A DNA stretch of 64,000 bases, taken from assembly GCF_964213995.1 (NCBI RefSeq), contig NC_135818.1, positions 85,250,001 to 85,314,000 of the forward strand, written 5' to 3'. The notes beneath the pieces are model-generated. The model made no database searches. It was not told the DNA's origin and saw nothing but the letters and a program-made list of their open reading frames with translations. The DNA is from Mustelus asterias. Its lineage: Eukaryota. The translations under genes and the position numbers were made by a program. Position 1 is the first letter of the stretch, and every line of letters starts with the position of its first letter. Shown piece after piece: positions 59,965 through 64,000 of this stretch.

Positions 59965-60265
59965 TAGACAGCAAATGCTGGGGAAACTCAACAGGTCTGA
60001 CAGCATCTGTGGAGAGAGAATAGAGTAAGAAATCTCACAACACCAGGTTAAAGTCCAGTCAGTGGCTTTTGCTTTTGCTACCAAATAAACCTGTTGGACT
60101 TTAACCTGGTGTTGTGAGACTTTTGCTACCAAATAAACCTGTTGGACTTTAACCTGGTGTTGTGAGACTTCTTACGTGTTTACCCCAGTCCAACGCCGGC
60201 ATCTCCACATCGAGAGAGAATAGAGCCAATGTTTTGATTCTGGATGCCTCTTCGTCAGAGCTGTC
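59965..60265. mobile_element. Penelope-like insert (60026-60211) nested in a second Penelope-derived repeat
   Basis: 14-bp TSD GAGAGAGAATAGAG (60012-60025 and 60212-60225); the insert has one inverted and two direct arm copies. Confidence 0.7.
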
Positions 60266-61819
60266 ATGTCATAAAGAAAATTACAGTAGGCTGTGAACCT
60301 CAGGTTTAAATCACTACCAGTCAGCTCTGCCCCTCAAAGGGTTGAGCAGCCTATGGTTATCTGAGTCTATGGCGACTTTACCTTACTGAAAGAGTGCTGA
60401 CCTGGTGAAGGTGCTGTCCCTCAGTTGACATAGTAACTGAGGCTCTGTCACCTGGCTGCTCGAGTAGGTGTAAAAGATTCCCTGGCACTTTTCAATGGAA
60501 CGAAGGGGAGTTCTCCCTCGGTGTCCTGGTCAATATCGACCCCTCAATTAACATGAAAAAGACTGATTATCTAGTCATGGTCACACTGCTGTTGTGGCAG
60601 CTTGCTGTGTGAAAACTGGCTGTTGCGTTTCCTACATTACAACAGTGACAAATGCTTCGTTGACTGTAAAGGCTTTGAGACATTATTGGGAGCAGGCTTG
60701 AGGGGGATCATGTTGCCTACTTCTCCTGAGCATCCCAATTATCATCCTTAGTGAAATGAACTGGCCTAGTGCAATCTGGAGGCCAATCCTGCGACACCCA
60801 CTGTCTGAACGTGCTCAGTCAATGGAGCAATGGTAAACAGCCTGGCTGTGCCCTGTTTGATGCTATGATGTAAACTGGGAGTCGAGTTTATAGAGTGGGA
60901 CTGCTTCCATCATGTTTATCAAAGAAAGTTCTCATGTCTGACAGTGCCCCTGGCTGTACAGAATAGTGATTGTACTGGCACCAGACCGTATCAACATTGG
61001 TCCAAGCCAAAAGCAACTGAAATATTTTAGACGAAATATAGAATGCTTTGTGTAATGAAAGACTGTAATTGTTGCCATATTTGCAAGTTACTCACACAAT
61101 AAGCAAATCTGGATCTGGGGGAGGTTTAATTACAGAGCTCTGCTGGTTACGGTTAGGTTAAGCAATGAACTGACTGCAGAGTCACCTCGGTGACTTGAAG
61201 GAGAATCATCCAGCACTCGCTTAGACTTTTTAAGTTACTTCACATTTCCTCTGATGCCTTCAGGGAATATGGTTGGTTTTGAAAATACTTTAGTTCAGTC
61301 TATAATTGCTCCCTGGTGGTTTATTTAAGGAAAGGTACAACCCAACATGATCATTAACAGTCTGGGTCACCAGCTTTGAGGTTCAATTGCCTGGTTCCAT
61401 GGTAAACAAATAGCTAAAGGTGGCATTGGAGGGGGGTTAAAGAAAAGAGATGATGGGGGACGGTGGGGGGGGGGAGGGGGTGGTGAATTATTTATAAATC
61501 ATTCCAAGTTCAACTGTCTTCCTCATGATGTGTTTCATGGTGTTTTTTTCTCTATTATCCAGCCAGTTGTCCCTGGCAAGAGGGATGGTTCATTTTGAGG
61601 CCTGTTCCTCTAAGAATAGCTCCAGGTATATACCCAGATTAATGTCCTGCTATAGATCCCTGACTCTGGGCTGCAGCAGTATTGGGCCAAAGATTGCCCC
61701 TAGCTCGAATTCAGGATCTCAGCATTGTTTTACTGCTTGAAATCCTAACTTGCACCAAGCTTGGTTCAGCTGCTCTCTGACCTGTATGAGCTCCTGCTCT
61801 GGCAATGCCTCCACTTCTA

Positions 61820-63150
61820 AGCATCATCATTGCTTTCAAATCCTCAGCAAAACTCCATAACCTCCTCCAGCCCAAAACCCTCCAACCCCATAACCTACTC
61901 CAGCCCTACAACCCCCCCAACTCTATAACCTCCTCCAGCCCTACAAACCCCCCAAATCTGTAACCTCCTCCAGCCCTACAACCCCCTCAACTCCATAACC
62001 TCCTTCAGCCCTACAATCCCCCCAACTCTGTAATTTCCTCCAGCCCTACAAACCCCCCAACTCTGTAACCTTCTCCAGCCCAAAACCCTCCAACTCTGTA
62101 ACCTCCTCCAGCCCTACAACCCCCCCAACTCTGTAACCTCCTCCAGCCCTACAACCCCCCCAACTCTGTAACGTTCTCCAGCCTGGCAACCCCCCCCCCC
62201 CCCAACTCTGTAACCTCCTCCAGCTCTACAACCCCCCAACTCCATAACCTCCTCCAGCCTTACAATCCCCCCAACTCCATAACCTCCTCCAGCCCTACAA
62301 CCCCCCTAACTCTGTAACCTCCTCCAGCCCTACAACCCCCAATTCTGTAACCTCCTCCAGCCCTACAACCCCCCCAACTCTGTAACATTCTCCAGCCCGG
62401 CAACCCCCCTAACTCTGTAACCTCCTCCAGCCCTACAACCCCCCAACTCTGTAACCTCCTCCAGCCCTACAACCCCCAACTCTGTAACCTCCTCCAGCCC
62501 TACAACCCCCCAACTCTGTAACCTCCTCCAGCCTTACAACCCTCTGAGGCTTCTTGTGATATCTGCACCTCTTCAATCCTGGAGCCCTGAGCATCCCCAA
62601 TTTTAATTGTAATCATTCATAGAATCCCATCGAATCATAGAATTCCTACAATGCGGAAGGAGGCCCATTGAGTCTGCACCGACAACAATCCCACCCAGGC
62701 CCTATCCCCGTCACCCCACACATTTACCCCATTAATCCCTCTAACCTACGCATCCTGGGACACCAAGGGGCAATTTAACATGGCCAATCCACCTAACCCG
62801 CACATCTTTGTGTGGAAGAAACCAGAGCACCCGGAGGAAACCCACGCAGACACGGGGAGAATGTGCAGACTCCACACAGCCAGTGACCCAAGCCAGGAAT
62901 TGAACCCAGCATCATTGATGGCTGTGCCTTCAGCTGCCTGGACCCTAAGCTCTGAAATTTCCTCCCTAAACCTCCCCCTCTCTGTCTCCCCCCATCCCAT
63001 AAGCTGTTCTTTAAAAACTCTTTTGACCAAAATGACCTAATATTTCCTTGAGTGGCTCTGTGTTACATTTTAGCTCACACTGCTCCTTTGAAGTGTTTTG
63101 GAATTTCTGCCATGTTAAAGATGCTATTAAAATGCAAGTTCTTGTTGCCA
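61820..63150 (+). mobile_element. L2-like LINE 3' remnant containing a minisatellite and a minus-strand SINE (62615-62910)
   Basis: gccttcagctgcctggaccctaagctctgaaatttcctccctaaac (AFSC..P.LWN.LP-like) C-terminus; tgctattaaaatgcaagtt tail. Confidence 0.6.
61852..62545. repeat. About 34-bp minisatellite (CTCTGTAACCTCCTCCAGCCCTACAACCCCCCAA), about 20 units
   Basis: Direct tandem array with variable C-run length. Confidence 0.95.
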
Positions 63151-64000
63151 TGGAGCCTAGGGCTGCAGTTCTGCTCCACAGACATTCACAAAAGTAATTT
63201 TATTTTTGGCTTCATCTTCACCATCACAATTGACTGGTTCAGATTCCATTTTCCTCTTTAGACCCTCCAAAATGTATGAGGGCCTCTTCCTACTTTATAG
63301 GACTCGCTTTTGCATGGTTTAAGAAAGGTAAGACTTGCATTTTTATTCCCCTTTCACAAACACCAGATGTCCCAAAGTGCTTCGAGTCGGTAAGGTGCAC
63401 GGGCAGTTTAACCACACAGCAAGCTTCCAGCTCCAGCCTTGAGATAAATGGCCAGACAATTTATTGTATCAATGTTTCTTCCAACAGATGGCACGTCTGG
63501 TGGTGCAGCACTCCCTCAGTATTGGACCAGGAGCGCCAGACTAGAATATGTGCTCTTGAGTCCGTGTGGAATTTCCAACCCACAACCTTCTGACTAAGGA
63601 TGAGAAAGTGTAATTATCAAGCCATGGCTGACACCCACAATTAAACCATTTTCTAACAACAGACACTTAGAGACTAAGTGAAGGGTTGCCTTATTATCCA
63701 TTTCAGCAGAAAGGCTCACTCCCTAACTTCACAATAGCCGACTGGATAAATTAGAAAAATGTAATACAAGCAAAGGCCTTTAGCTGTCAAGTCTATTCCT
63801 GTCAGTGAACTCCACCCATCTCGCATTCCAATAGAATGTTCTATAGGAATGCACAGTATTCTACAAATCCACAAAATTATCAACACAACAGAAAGTGCTG
63901 GAAATACCCAGCAGGTCTGGCAGCATCTGGAGTTAACGTGTCAATGAGTGGTTAGGATCTGGAATGCACTGTCTGGGAGTGTGGTGGAGACAGGGTGAGT

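Overview
Eukaryotic, repeat-dominated vertebrate DNA. The repeat repertoire (abundant CR1 LINEs, HE1/V-type tRNA SINEs, Deu-type SINEs, Penelope-like remnants) points to a cartilaginous fish; this is an inference. The only host genes are a minus-strand tandem cluster of single-coding-exon GPR68/OGR1-like proton-sensing GPCRs. Two are intact (46059-47120, 50600-51640) and one is disrupted by a CR1 insertion (about 23400-24706). They show patchwork gene conversion, and one takes its C-terminus from a SINE. Mobile elements include a full-length two-ORF CR1 (about 16973-21715), a very young Gypsy LTR element (28360-33031), two degraded Gypsy elements (one with Gmr1-like PR-IN order), solo LTRs, a Harbinger-like non-autonomous element, Penelope-like hammerhead-bearing inverted repeats and four minisatellites. 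Top leads: (1) a multi-stem structured-RNA cassette inserted between direct repeats in the CR1 3' UTR; (2) a UUUAAAC slippery site joining CR1 ORF1 to an AUG-less ORF2 in the -1 frame; (3) a tRNA-independent, self-complementary primer site in the young Gypsy element; (4) the mosaic GPR68-like cluster. All calls were made by eye with no database search, and the boundaries of degraded repeats are approximate.
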